Origin: Chiloscyllium plagiosum
Taxonomy: Eukaryota
Direction: 5' to 3'
Assembly (NCBI RefSeq): GCF_004010195.1
Contig: NC_057745.1
Location: 37,396,405 to 37,460,404, forward strand
DNA length: 64,000 nucleotides
Within the stretch, counting starts at the first letter, position 1. The number at the start of each line of letters is the position of its first letter. Of this stretch, positions 9,501 to 21,242 are shown piece by piece. Position numbers and translations under genes: made by a program. The notes beneath the pieces were generated by a model. The model saw nothing but the letters and a program-made list of their open reading frames with translations. It made no database searches and was not told where the DNA came from.

Positions 9501-12064
9501 GAAATGGAGAAATGGGAAAGGGGAGGGAGGTGTCCGAAATGAAACAAGTGAATTTGAGGGCGGGGTGGAAGTTGTGGGTGAAGTTGATGAACTGTTCCAG
9601 TTCAGCCTGGGTGTAGGACACTGCACCGGTGCAGTCATCGATGTAATGGCGGAAGAGCTGGGGCACAGTGCCTGTGTAGGTACTGAAGAGGGACTGTTCA
9701 ATATAACCAACAAAGAGGCAGGTGTAGCTGAGGCCCATCCGGGTACCCATGGCCACCCCCTGGATTTGGAGGATTATGGGAGGAGTTAAAGGAAATGTTA
9801 ATAAGGGTGAGGACTAGTTCAGTAAGGCGGGGGAGGGTATTGGTGGAGGAGATAGGATGGGTCTGTTGGAGAGAAGGGTTACACCTGAAACATTGATTTC
9901 TCCACCTCCTGATGCTGCCTGGCTTGTTGTGTTCCTCCAGCCTCCTGCTTGTCTATCTTGGATTCCAGCATCTGCAGTTTTTTTTTGTCTCTAACCGTAG
10001 TGAAATAGACAGCCAGGATCCACTGTTAGACTCACACGTGAGGCTGTATACATTGAATGGAATTTGAAAACTTAGCCCAGGCAGAGGAATGACAGTGAAA
10101 GCCACTCACCTTGTGACTGTAACATGTCAATTAGAAGCTGTAGTGATATTTGAAGTCACTGCTCCTTGCATCTGCCTTTTTCATTTAGTTACATTTATCA
10201 TGGAAATATTTCAGACTCTGGTGCAATGTCATTCCTCAACCTCTTAGACTCAGTCAGGCCAACATTTCCCATTTGCTGCCCAGCCGCTGCTGTTTGCAGT
10301 TCAAACACAAACATCCTGGATGACAATCTTTACAAATGCTTTGCCTTTTTTATTAGTTCACGGGAAGTGGACATCACTGGAAACACTAGCACCTTGCAAA
10401 GAACAATACAGCACAGGAACAGGCCCTTCAGCCCTCCAAGTCTGCATTGTTACATTTTGCACTTTGAGCAGAGTAACCAGGTCCCATCAAGTGGCAGGTG
10501 AGAATCAGTCACATTGGAGCAGTCAAATAAATTCCAGTCCAGGTAAAGATGGCACAATACCTCCCTTAAAGGTTATCAGGGAGTTTTATAAAAATCTGGT
10601 CATTTCCTGGTCATTGTTATTGATTGTAGATTTGATTTAATTATTTGAATTTAATTTCCTTTAGCTACGGGAGTGAGATCTGAAGCTGAATCACTTGTCC
10701 AGGTCTCTGAATTACTAATTTAATAAGAGCATCCACTTTACCCCATTCCCTGGGGGAAACTAGGGACTGCTCCTTTAAAACCCTGTGGGACTGGGTTTTA
10801 AACTATGTCACTTCTCAGTTGAAAATGCTCTCTTCTTTTTGTCCAGGATCCCAATTCCAGAGGAAGGAACAGGATCCATTCACAGGAAAGGAATCTGCTT
10901 CCAAGTATTTCAGAAGCTTCGCTCAAACGCTGAAACTGAAGTTTGTTTGAGACGGTATCCGTGAGAGTTTATGCAGATGCACAGCATCGAGAGTGTGAGG
11001 TTGGAAAAGCACAGCAGGTCAGGCAGCATCCGAGGAGCAGGAGAATTGACGTTTCGGGCATAAGCCCTCACTTATCTCCTAGCAGATACACAGCAGCAAG
11101 GATACAGTTAGTGTACTGTTATTGTCCAAACTGAAAATATTGTCCCATACTTTGATTTGTGCCCGGAGTGAGCCCCTCGTGGAGAGTTTACTGTTTAGAG
11201 TTGCTCTTCTTTTGGGGCCTCAGTGGTCACTTCAATTCCCTTCCATCATTCCATCAGGCAGAGGTGGCTGGAGTCAGCTCCTTGGGGTGAGTGAGCCCAG
11301 CGCGGAGGAAGGTGAGGCCTCAGAGAGCTTCTGACAGTACTGAGTATGGGCTGAGTGGTGAGCGATGGTGCTGAAGCAAGCTGACTCTGATCATGGTGGG
11401 CCTAGCGTAGGACTCAAGGCAGCAGCACCAGTTTTCAAAATGGTGATGACAGCAGAGGAGGTTGTATCTGTGGTTGGTGTTGGATAGCCGCAGTGATGCA
11501 GTAGGCTGGAGTCAGCTCTCCTGGTGAATCAGCAGCAATATGGTGATCGTCCTGCTGCTGGAGTGATGGTGGCCCCAGAGCGGGACTGTGATGTGGTGGG
11601 CATATTGTGGAGGACCCTCCCTCGATGTCAAGCAGAGCACAAAAAAGGAAGAAGAAATCAACTTTTCGTTACAGTCTAGATCTTAACATCTTCTGTAACG
11701 CAAAATGGCGCTGGAGCGTGGCGACACATTCCAATTCTCAATATTTATTTGTTAAATACAAGTGACAATAAATCATTCATTTATTTGATCAGTGGCTCTC
11801 CACTGCACAGGGTTAACCTGCATCTGGAGGGAGATAAGATCATTGCAACAGGAAGCGGTTGTTCAGATGTCAGAGCTGGTTCTGCTTTTCACTGAGATCA
11901 CAACAACTCTGCTCTCTATCTGATCTCTGTCCCCCTCCGCACGCAGGTTTCCAGGGTTAGGGACAGATCACATATTCTGGGGAGGGAAGCTGTTTCTCAC
12001 TGGTGAGAGATATTCTCCACTTCTCTCTGATGGTGTGTGTTGTACAGACCTGCCGGCCATTTGA
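6558..12064 (+). CDS. Candidate cytoplasmic-tail exons of the IgSF gene: 6558-6729, 10847-10954, 11947-12064 (stop)
   Basis: AG/GT-bounded segments with consistent phases (1-2, 2-2, 2-stop), open throughout. They contain FTYRPL and ERYSPL, with AATAAA at ~12276. Hand-selected, no homology support. Confidence 0.3.
6716..6800. repeat. Two-copy 46-bp-period G-rich tandem duplication
   Basis: ctgaccctgccttggtgaggtgtgggggtttgggg at 6716 and 6762. Confidence 0.9.
6855..7923. repeat. 15-bp minisatellite (GGTTATCTGAGCCCG)n, ~71 copies
   Basis: Directly visible. Variants include CCAG/CCCC/CCTG/TCCG and occasional 14- or 16-bp units. Confidence 0.98.
8033..9985 (-). mobile_element. Degenerate Penelope-like retroelement (RT + GIY-YIG) with inverted termini; left terminus interrupted by a SINE
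   Basis: Minus ORFs AMGTRMGLSYTCLFVGYIEQ...FRHYIDDC (PLE RT) and TCLSSSLVYCICGLLYIAEIQCKLRDRFAKH (GIY-YIG). 8033-8057 plus 8388-8447 is the inverse of 9873-9957. Confidence 0.85.
8058..8385 (+). mobile_element. HE1-type SINE nested in the Penelope terminus
   Basis: tgctgcctcacagtgctcgggacctgggttcgattcc...ggccatgctaaattgccc...ctatgttctatg tail. Confidence 0.85.
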
Positions 12065-13004
12065 ACTCAGCCACACAGTTTTCATTAGAACATGAGTGGG
12101 CCTTCACGATGGAGATTGACGTACTGCCTGGGTCAATGAGAATGGGTTCGAGTTGGAGACTGATGGGCCTTGTCTGGTCTGTCCTAGTGAGCACACCCAG
12201 CCCCATGATCTAGGACCATCATGTATAAGCTCAGCCTCTGCTTTCGTCATTGTTGTAAGAAATCCATTTAATTCAAATAAAATATTGCTGCAGCTTTTGT
12301 TTTGCAGAGGCCAGAGATATTAAGACAGTCACTAGCAGTTACTGATTTCTTCTGTACAGCACTGAGACCTTCCTGTCTTCTTAAGACTTTGGCTTTTAGT
12401 AACAGAATTTGTTTAGCACCTTATTGTTGTGCATCGGTCTCTATGCAGGCCTACGTTTGTATAGTATATCACTGTATGGCTGTATGTCTGAACCAGAGTA
12501 CAGGAAACATGAGCTTTGATAGACTGAATAATTTTTTCTTGTCTCATTTCTTCCTGTTCATCTGTTGGGCTCTAAGCTGAGGAGACCTACCCAGCAGCTC
12601 AAGCTCTCTGACCAGTGTTGTGTTTTGGGGATGGATTTCAGATTGAGCTGGTTATGTGACAGTGCTCAGTGCTGTAATCTGTCAGAATGCGATGTTGAGG
12701 TCTTTGTGTTTTACTTCACTTGTAACTTATCTTTAAAATGTGTTCTTTTTCCTTACTTGTTCCCATGTGGAGTGATCCTCCAGTTGCCATGGTGATTTGG
12801 ATCAGCCATGATCCTGGTGAATGATGGAGAAGGCTTGAGGAGCCCAATGGCTTTCTGTTCCCATTTCTTACGGACTGTTCACTGGGTCATCTCAGGCTGT
12901 TTCTTCTCTTTGAGTCTCTTCTATTCGGGGGACCTCCCGCCCCAAATATCTCACAAGTTCCCGCTTACCACAAAATTAGAGGTCTTTCAGAGCTGCAAGG
13001 TGTC

Positions 13005-13345
13005 CGAAGATGCCATGCAGCCATCAAAATAATTTTTCTTTGAATTGTTGTCGCTGTTGTAGGAAATGTAGCAGCCAATTTCTGCACAGCAAGCTCCTAC
13101 AAACAGCAGTGTGGTATCTGCTGGATAATTATATTTAATGATGGTGCTTGATGGATAAATATTGACTATTAGACAAGAGTGAATCCTTCCTGCTTTTCTT
13201 TGAATAGTGCAGTGCAATCGTTTCCACTAAATGTAAGAGTAGGTTGGGCTTTGGTTTAGTAACCAGGTAAAAGATAGATCCTTCGATAGTGCGGCATTCC
13301 CTCAGCACTGACCCTCCGACAGTGCGGCACTCCCTCAGTACTGCC
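13005..13345 (-). mobile_element. Deu-domain SINE (SacSINE1/AmnSINE1-like) fragment
   Basis: Reverse complement contains gtactgagggagtgccgcactgtcggagggtcagtgctgaggg 30-bp units and the gttgctgtttgtaggagcttgctgtgc motif. Confidence 0.6.
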
Positions 13346-13346
13346 A

Positions 13347-13805
13347 AGGGTTCAAAGAAAATTTACTAGGATGTTGACTGGTATGAAAGGGAGGTCTTAC
13401 GAGGAAATGCTGAGGGAACTGAGGCTGTTTTCATTGGAGAGAAGAAGATTGAGAGGTGACTTAATCGAGATGTATAAGATAATCAGGGGGTTAGATAGGG
13501 TGGAGAGTGAGAGCCTTTTCCTCAGATGGTGAAGGCTAACATGAGGGGATATAGCTTTAAATTGAGGGTGATAGATTTAGGACAGACAGATATTAATGGT
13601 AGTTTCTTCACTCAGAGGGTAGTACGGCCTGCCTGCAACAGTAGTAGACTCGCCGATGTTAAGGGCATTTAAATGGACATTGACATACATATGGATAATA
13701 ACGGAACAGTGTGGGTTAGATGAGCATCAGATTAATTTCACAGGTTGGTGCAACATTGAGGGCCAAAGGGCCTGTACTCCGCTGTCAAGTTCAATGTTCT
13801 ATGCT
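13347..13805 (+). mobile_element. CR1 LINE 3' fragment
   Basis: agggttcaaagaaaatttactaggatg...agattgagaggtgacttaat..., tail ttcaatgttctatg. Confidence 0.8.
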
Positions 13806-15159
13806 CTGGGGTTGTTGCTGTGTTCCGAGTCTGTCTGAAACCCGCCCTGTTCTGGATCAGAGGCAGGAGTAAACTGGGAGTAAACTGGGAGTTTGTGACT
13901 TGAGACTGGAAGCTGAGTGAAATGAGATTCAAACCTTTTGGTGTTTTGTTAATTATGTTTATTCATTGGGATATTTTCATTGTTCAAAATAATGTCCATT
14001 TGTATTGTAAACTTAATTATCCTTGTCTTGCAGATGATGAAATTGAAAATGAGTGAATATGAATGTTTTTTTTAAAATTTCCAAGCAAAATAAATTTAGA
14101 TATTTTTGTAATGAACAAATGCCCAGGGGGCACTGAAATTGGAGCTGGGGTTTGCAATGTGTCTCAGGCTGATCAGTCACTAATGTTCTCAATACTGTTT
14201 ATCAGCTGTCCACCTCAGCAGATGGGATTCCGAGTTCTCTGTACACATACCTGCATTTCATCCCCAGCAGTGAAAATCAAAAAGACCAAGATCCATCTTA
14301 ATGTTGCACCACTGGACCCCAACCGTGAGCACTGCTTAAATCGCAGCAATTTTTAATCTGATCTTTGAACACCATGCATAGCAACACAGAGTTAAGTACA
14401 ATAGGACAGAACAAACTTAAAGTAAGTTTTGAAAGATTTGAATCTCGGAACATGAAGCAGACTGTGGGGCAGGAAACAGACTGTGTACACATCAAGCTAT
14501 GTGCTTTTACCAACAATGTATTTACACTTTCTGTAATTTCCAATTTGATATGGTTGGCCCTTGGGCTGTGAACCTGATGTGGAATATATTTTGTAATATT
14601 TAGGACTATTATAGTTGAATAGAGTGGAACATGCTGTATCGGGACAAGTTGAATTTTCTTGCAAATTCTGTACTTTTTTTGTATTTCCTTTTTACAAGTG
14701 TTATAATTAAAGTATATATCTGTGTGTGTGTTTGGGGGATGGGGGAAGCAGTCAAAGTATGGAACAGAGAGTCCTGGGACACATGCAATCTGTGTAAAAG
14801 GCCAAGGCTATGTGTGAATTCTGGTTGTGAATTATGAATCATTCAGTTTTTTGAAATCAGAACCTCATCAATTCATCAGGATTTTCACTTTAGGAGCAGA
14901 AATGGTTATGAAAACCTCAATAGCCAGAGAGAGCCATTCAACATAATCCAGTCTCCTATCGGTTTTCTGCCTATCTCTGCTTCCTTTTTCCCTGTTCCCT
15001 TCCCCAGGAACTAATCTTCTGTCGAATTCAAGCTTAGTTTTTGTTTAGTGGTGTGCTGGGCAAGGGATTACAATAAATCTGAATAAACTTTGCTGGTTAC
15101 TCATTGCAATTATTGTCCATACCTGTTAAAGCATTCAGTAATCACTTTGCAGTCTCTAA

Positions 15160-16690
15160 CTAGGTTAGAACTGTACAGCACAAGAACAGGCCATTCAGCC
15201 CATCAAGCCTGTGACCACACATGACACCTTTCTAAATTAAAAACCTTTTGCCTCTTCACTCTCTGTATCACTCTATTCTCTGCCTATTCATATATCTGTC
15301 AAGATGCCTCTTAAACTTTGCTACTGTATCCACCTCCACCACTTCCTCTGGTAGTACAATTCCAGGCTTTTTAAAACCTCTGTGTAAAACACTCACATCT
15401 CCTTTATACTTTCCCTCTTTTATCTTCAACCTATGTCCCCTAGTCATTGACCCTGGGAAAAAAACTCCAACTAATCATGCATTTCATAGTTTTGTAAACT
15501 TCTATCAGATCGCCCCTCAGCCTCTGACGTTTAAGTGAAAACAAATTAATTTTGTCTAATCTCTCCTATTAGCTAATACTCTCCAGATCAGGCCATATCC
15601 TGGTAATCCTTTTCTGTATCTTCTCCAAAGCCTCACATCCTTCTGGTCGTGATGGCTAGAACTGTACATAATATTCCAAATATGGCCAAACTGAAGTTCT
15701 GTAGAGATGCAACATGACTTGCCATTTTTTATACTCTATGCCCTGACTGATGAAGGACCACCTTATCCATTTGTGGTACCTCTTTCAGGGAACTGTGGAC
15801 TTGTGTACCTAGATCCCTCTGTATGTTGATGCTAATAATGGTTCTGCCATTTACTGTATACTTCCCTCCTGAATTAGATCATCCAAAATGCATCACCTTG
15901 TATTTGAACAAATTAAACTCCATCTCTGCCATTTCTCCGCCCAAGTCTCCAGGCTATCTACATCCTGTTGTATCCCCTGGCAATCCTCCTCACTATCCAC
16001 AGCTCCCCCAATCTTTGTGTCATCCACAAACGTACTAATCAGATCATCCACAGTCTCCTCCAAATCATTTACATATATTACAAACAGCAGAATTCCCAGC
16101 ACTGATCCCTGTGGAACACCACTGGTCACAGATTTCCAGTCAGAATAATACCCTTCCTCCACTACTGTCTGTCTTCTATGACTAAGCCAGTTCTGTATCC
16201 ATCTCACCATGGATCCCATGTCACCTCACCTTCTGTATCAGCCTGCCGTGAGGGACTTTGCCAGAGGCCTTGCTAAAGTCCATATCGACAACATCTACCG
16301 CCCCGCCCTCACCAATCACCTTTGTCACTTCCTCAAAAAGCATAATCATGTTTGTGTGATGTGCCCTCCCCTGTACAAAACAATGCTGCTTATCACTAAA
16401 AAGTCCATGTTTCTCCAAATGTGAGTAAATCTATCTTTAAGGTTCTTCTCCAATAATTTCCCTACCACTGATATAAGGTTCATTAGCCTGTAATTTCCTG
16501 AATTATCCCTGTAGCCCTTCTTAAACAAAGGAATAACATTGGCCATTCTCCATCTTTGACTAAAGAGGGCACAAAGATTTCATACAAAGTTCCAGAAATT
16601 TCCTCCCTGACCTCTCTCAGTATTTTGTGATAGATCCCATCGTGACCTGGGGACTTATCTACCAAAATGCTTTTCAAAACATGCAACTTT
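15160..16690 (-). mobile_element. CR1 LINE ORF2 RT fragment, degenerate
   Basis: ORFs VDKSPGHDGIYHKILRE; ANVIPLFKKGYRDNSGNYR; DVVDMDFSKA; [23 protein letters not shown]...FVDDTKIG. Confidence 0.9.
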
Positions 16691-17099
16691 TTTTTATACT
16701 GTTCTAAAACTCCTGTCGTGAGGTTTTCCTTCTCCTGCATACTTCTAACTGTGTCCAACTGATCCATGCAGTTTGACAGGAGCTGCAATTGGACACGCTT
16801 CCTGCAATGTGGTTGTTAGGGACATTCAAATTATCTCTGATTTCCCACATTCCACAAGAGAACCATACTACCCAGCTGACTGCCATTTTTAGTATCTAGC
16901 TACTATTAAAACAAATTTCTTTTAAATTAATTCACAGCGAATGAAATGGTCCCAAGTGTTAGTTTTTCACTAAAAATACTACAAACACTATTCTGTAAAC
17001 AATAGTCCAGAAACTACTCTAATAGCCTAAATCCCACTATTCCAAAACCTTATGAGTATGAAAAGATTAATGTAAATTGAAGCGGAGGAAAAAACAGCC

Positions 17100-17600
17100 C
17101 CTGACCTCTACTTACCAAGTGCACCTCCCACAATACTCCCTGTATAATGGATCAAAGTAAGGACAAATCCAACTCAGCCAGTTACTCTCAATTATCAGTA
17201 AAGTGATGGAAGGTGTCATCAGCAGTGCTATCACGCAGCATCTGCTCAGTAATAACCTGCTCAGTGATGCCCAGTTTGGGTCCCACCAGGGCCACTCAGC
17301 TCCTGATCTCACTACAGCCTTGGTTCAAACATGGACAAAAGAGTTGGAAGCGAGAATGACAGCCCTTGACATCAAGGCTGCATTCGATCGAGTGTGGTGT
17401 CAAGCAGTCCTAGCAAAACTGAAATCAATGGGTATCAGGGGGTAAACTCTCTGCTGGTTGGAGTCATACTTGGTATATTGGAAAATGTGGTTGTTGGAGG
17501 TCAGTCATCTCAGCTCCAGAACAGTTCTGCAGCAGTTCCTCAGGGTAGTGTCCGAAGCCCAATCATCTTCAATTGCTTCATCAATGACCTTTCCTCCACC
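17100..17600 (+). mobile_element. L2/CR1-clade RT fragment
   Basis: LLSDAQFGSHQGHSAPDL...ALDIKAAFDRVW; AVPQGSVRSPIIFNCFINDL. Confidence 0.8.
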
Positions 17601-18068
17601 TGTACTTGGTTCTTTTTGAGACAGTAACAAGCTTTTCTAAGAATTATAGCGGCACCGACATACAAAACTGTCCATGAACCAGGACAGAGAAAGAGACTGA
17701 GAGGAATAGAGAAGGTATGCAGAGAGATAGATGTACACTGACACACCAACTCACACAAAGAAGCAACACAGAGTGAGGGGGGGGAGGGGTAGAGGCATCC
17801 ATGTGAACACAAACATGTATGTAAGAATTTGCATGCACACACACTGAAACCTAAAGCAGAATCTGGCCAGTTTGACTCCTGGTTTGTAGTGTTCTATCCT
17901 GTTCTCTCTCTAGTTTCTCACTCGCTGCTCACAATTTGAGCCATTTCCAGAGCAGCTGCTGAAGGTAGGTGAGACTGACATTGTCACATTGGCCTAAACA
18001 TCAAAATGACAAAAATTACCTTCATGGAATACAGTAGGATGTTGTCAGCTCATATTTATAACAAGTGT

Positions 18069-18223
18069 AGGTAAAAACAATGACTGCAGATGCTGGAAAC
18101 CAGATTCTGGATCAGTGGTGCTGGAAGAGCACAGCAGTTCAGGCAGCATCCAAGGAGTTTCGATTTCGAAGTTCCTTGGATGCTGCCTGAACTGCTGTGC
18201 TCTTCCAGCACCATTAATCCAGA
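18069..18223. mobile_element. Fold-back Penelope-terminus-derived element with 15-bp TSD
   Basis: ~53-bp near-perfect inverted repeat (attctggatcagtggtgctggaagagc...ccaagga / tccttgg...ccagaat). TSD atttataacaagtgt at 18054-18068 and 18224-18238. Confidence 0.85.
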
Positions 18224-19574
18224 ATTTATAACAAGTGTGTGTTAATGTCACTTCGAAGATGCAACTCCTTCTGAGTTTCTGTCATTTCTGAGGTGTTTGT
18301 ATCTATTAGAGCAGTGCTTTATTTCAAATGGATTAACAATCACAGACCTCCATCTAAATTAAACCACAGAATACCCATTTTATGAAACTAGCATATAAAG
18401 AGTTGATGTCATGTTTTTAAAAAAAATTTGGTGTTGCCTTGCAGAAAGTGGTAAGTGTCCTCAATGCAACAGCTAGGTGATTATGCATTGGATAGGCAGC
18501 AGTTGGCTCTCACCTCCTGGAATGCACCAAGACACAACCAAAACCACCCAATGAACTCACCAGCTCTCTAGAAAATCTTTACAGTCATCAGTTTGAGAAT
18601 CACTGAGAATATAGGTGTGGTTCATCATGTGTATCATTGTGTGTGATTGTGTGTCAATGTTGTGATCCCAGACCAGATAGCCAAATTCACACTGAAATCC
18701 AGCTTGGGACCAGTAACTTGAAGTAAACAAAGTGTGAGTTCAACTCAAAATTCAAACAGTAGACTTCATAAACTAGTGAGTACTAAACTTCAGTGCTATT
18801 GCAAACTTGAAATTTCAACTTTGGTCAACTGTCACGAGGTCAATACCATACCCTATCATGCCCATACTCTGAGTTCAGGCTGCCTCTCTCTTCAGTCTTG
18901 GATGAAACGAATGTTCCATGTCTCAGCTGTGGACAGCTCACAGTTTAGAGTAATTTGGCTGTCATCTTTGGCCAGAAAAGTAGTGATATAAAATCTCACT
19001 AGGTTCAGCTAGTGTTAAACTTCTGAAGTCAAGGCTAAGTAAACTTTAGTTGCCACTTAAATGTATTTGATGTTGACATCGAGTGCCCGAAATGGAGAAA
19101 AGTCTTGTTCTCCTTTTGTGAACCCTGCCTTTGTGAGCTCAAAAAGACAAACATAGAGTACCAAATGCCTTTGTAACATTGCAAGTTCTTGATGTCGATA
19201 TTGCCATTTTTTGCTATGTAGCTTTATATTTTTTGTTTCTTGTTTCAAAATGTGAAGTAAAAGTTGATTGTTATCATCTCACAACGTTTAGCTGCAAATC
19301 CTTGGAAGTTTCAAATTGGTATCCCCTGATTCAAAGCATTATTCTTCTCCTCAAATCTTGAGCACCATTTCTGAAGTGTTTGTAGTCATGATTTATAGGT
19401 TACGTAAAATAATGTTTAAAAACTGCAGGGTCTGAAATGTATCAACAGAATTTCAAGCTAAGGCCAGACATCAGAAGATAGGGAAAATTCTGCTAAGGCA
19501 CTGCTGAAAATCTTTGTATATGTTACTGATAGTTAGAAGTTTTACAAGTTAAGAACTAAATGTATCTGAGAAAA

Positions 19575-20505
19575 CAAGAGGTACAGTTAGTAAGTTTGCA
19601 GATGACACCAAAATTGGAGGTGTAGTGGACAGCGAAGAGGGTTACCTCAGATTACAACAGGATCTTGACCAGATGGGCCAATGGGCTGAGAAGTGGCAAA
19701 TGGAGTTTAATTCAGATAAATGTGAGGTGCTGCATTTTGGGAAAGCAAATCTTAGCAGGACTTATACACTTAATGGTAAGGTCCGAGGGAGTGTTGCTGA
19801 ACAAAGAGACCTTGGAGTACAGGTTCATAGCTCTTTGAAAGTGGAGTCGCAGATAGATAGGATAGTGAAGAAGGCATTTGGTATGCTTTCCTTTATTGGT
19901 CAGAGTATTGAGTACAGGAGTTGGGAGGTCATGTTGCGGCTATACAATACATTGGTTAGGTCACTGTTGGAATATTGCATGCAATTCTGGTCTCCTTCCT
20001 ATCGGAAAGATGTTCTGAAACTTGAAAGGGTTCAAGTTGCCAGGGTTGGAGGATTTCAGCTATAGGGAGAGGCCGAACAGGCTGGGGCTGTTTTCCCTGG
20101 AGCATCGGAGGCTGAGGGGTGACCTTATAGAGGTTTACAAAATTATGAGGGGCATGGATAGGATAAATAGGCAAAGTATTTTCCCTGGGGTCGGGAGTCC
20201 AGAACTAGAGGGCATAGGTTTAGGGTGAGAGGGGAATGGTATAAAAGAGATGTAAGGGGAAACGTTTTTGATGCAGAGGGTCGTGTGTGTATGGAATGAG
20301 CTGCCAGAGGAAGCAGTGGAGGCTGGTACAATTACAACATTTAAAAAGCATCTGGATGGGTATATGAATAGGAAGGGCTTGGAGGGATATGGACCGGGTG
20401 CTGGCAGGTGGGACTAGATTGGGTTGGGATATCTGGTTGGCATGGACGGGTTGGACCGAAGGGTCTGTTTCCATGCTGTACATCTCTATGAGTCTATGAC
20501 TCTAT
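19575..20505 (+). mobile_element. CR1 LINE, 5'-truncated, relatively young
   Basis: KFADDTKIGGVVDSEEGYLRLQQDLDQMGQWAEKWQMEFNSDKCEVLHFG...; tail (ctatgact)n. Confidence 0.92.
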
Positions 20506-20907
20506 GAGTTCCCTTGATCTTACAAAGAGAATAAAGGCCCAGGATTCATTGGCTTTGAACAACAACAATAAACTTTACAACATTAGAACAGGAATATGAT
20601 CTACAAATATGTATCAATATCTACAACTTTTATTCTAATATCCAGAATTAACCTGATTTAACAGATAAACTGTGGTCTAACATTCCACAGGGTACATCAA
20701 ACTGTGGTCAAGGTACATCCCATAGATTTCTCAGTTATCTCCAGACTTTAATCTTACTAAACTCTACAAGAGATTCCAAATTTGTCTCTTTCAAAGACCT
20801 AGCTTTTGAACTCTTTCAAAAGCCACTCAATAGTTGACTGCCACATTCCTGGGACATTGCTCCCAATTATTGGAAACCATACTTATAGGCAGCAGTGAGT
20901 TCCCACA

Positions 20908-21110
20908 CTTCCTCAGATTTCTCAGGTACCCTGGCCCCAACACTTAGCTGTCTATTAACTCCTAGAATATCTTCCTGAGTTCTTACAGCACAGACATATC
21001 CAATTGCTCTTCCTCAGATTTCTCAGGTACCCTGACCCCAACACTTAGCTGTCTATTAACTCCTAGAATATCTTCCTGAGTTCTAACAGCACAGACATAT
21101 CCAATTGCTC
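20908..21110. repeat. 101-bp tandem duplication (2 copies, ~2 mismatches)
   Basis: cttcctcagatttctcaggtaccctg...catatccaattgct at 20908 and 21009. Confidence 0.92.
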
Positions 21111-21242
21111 AACCTTTCACTGAGTTCTCACCATACAAAAGTTAGTTTTGTTGGATAATTCTACAGCAGTCCAGCTTAATAGTTCTTTACAGCATGGAGC
21201 TTGCTCCTGTCTCCTTCCTGCTCTAACTTCTTGTAATCTTTA

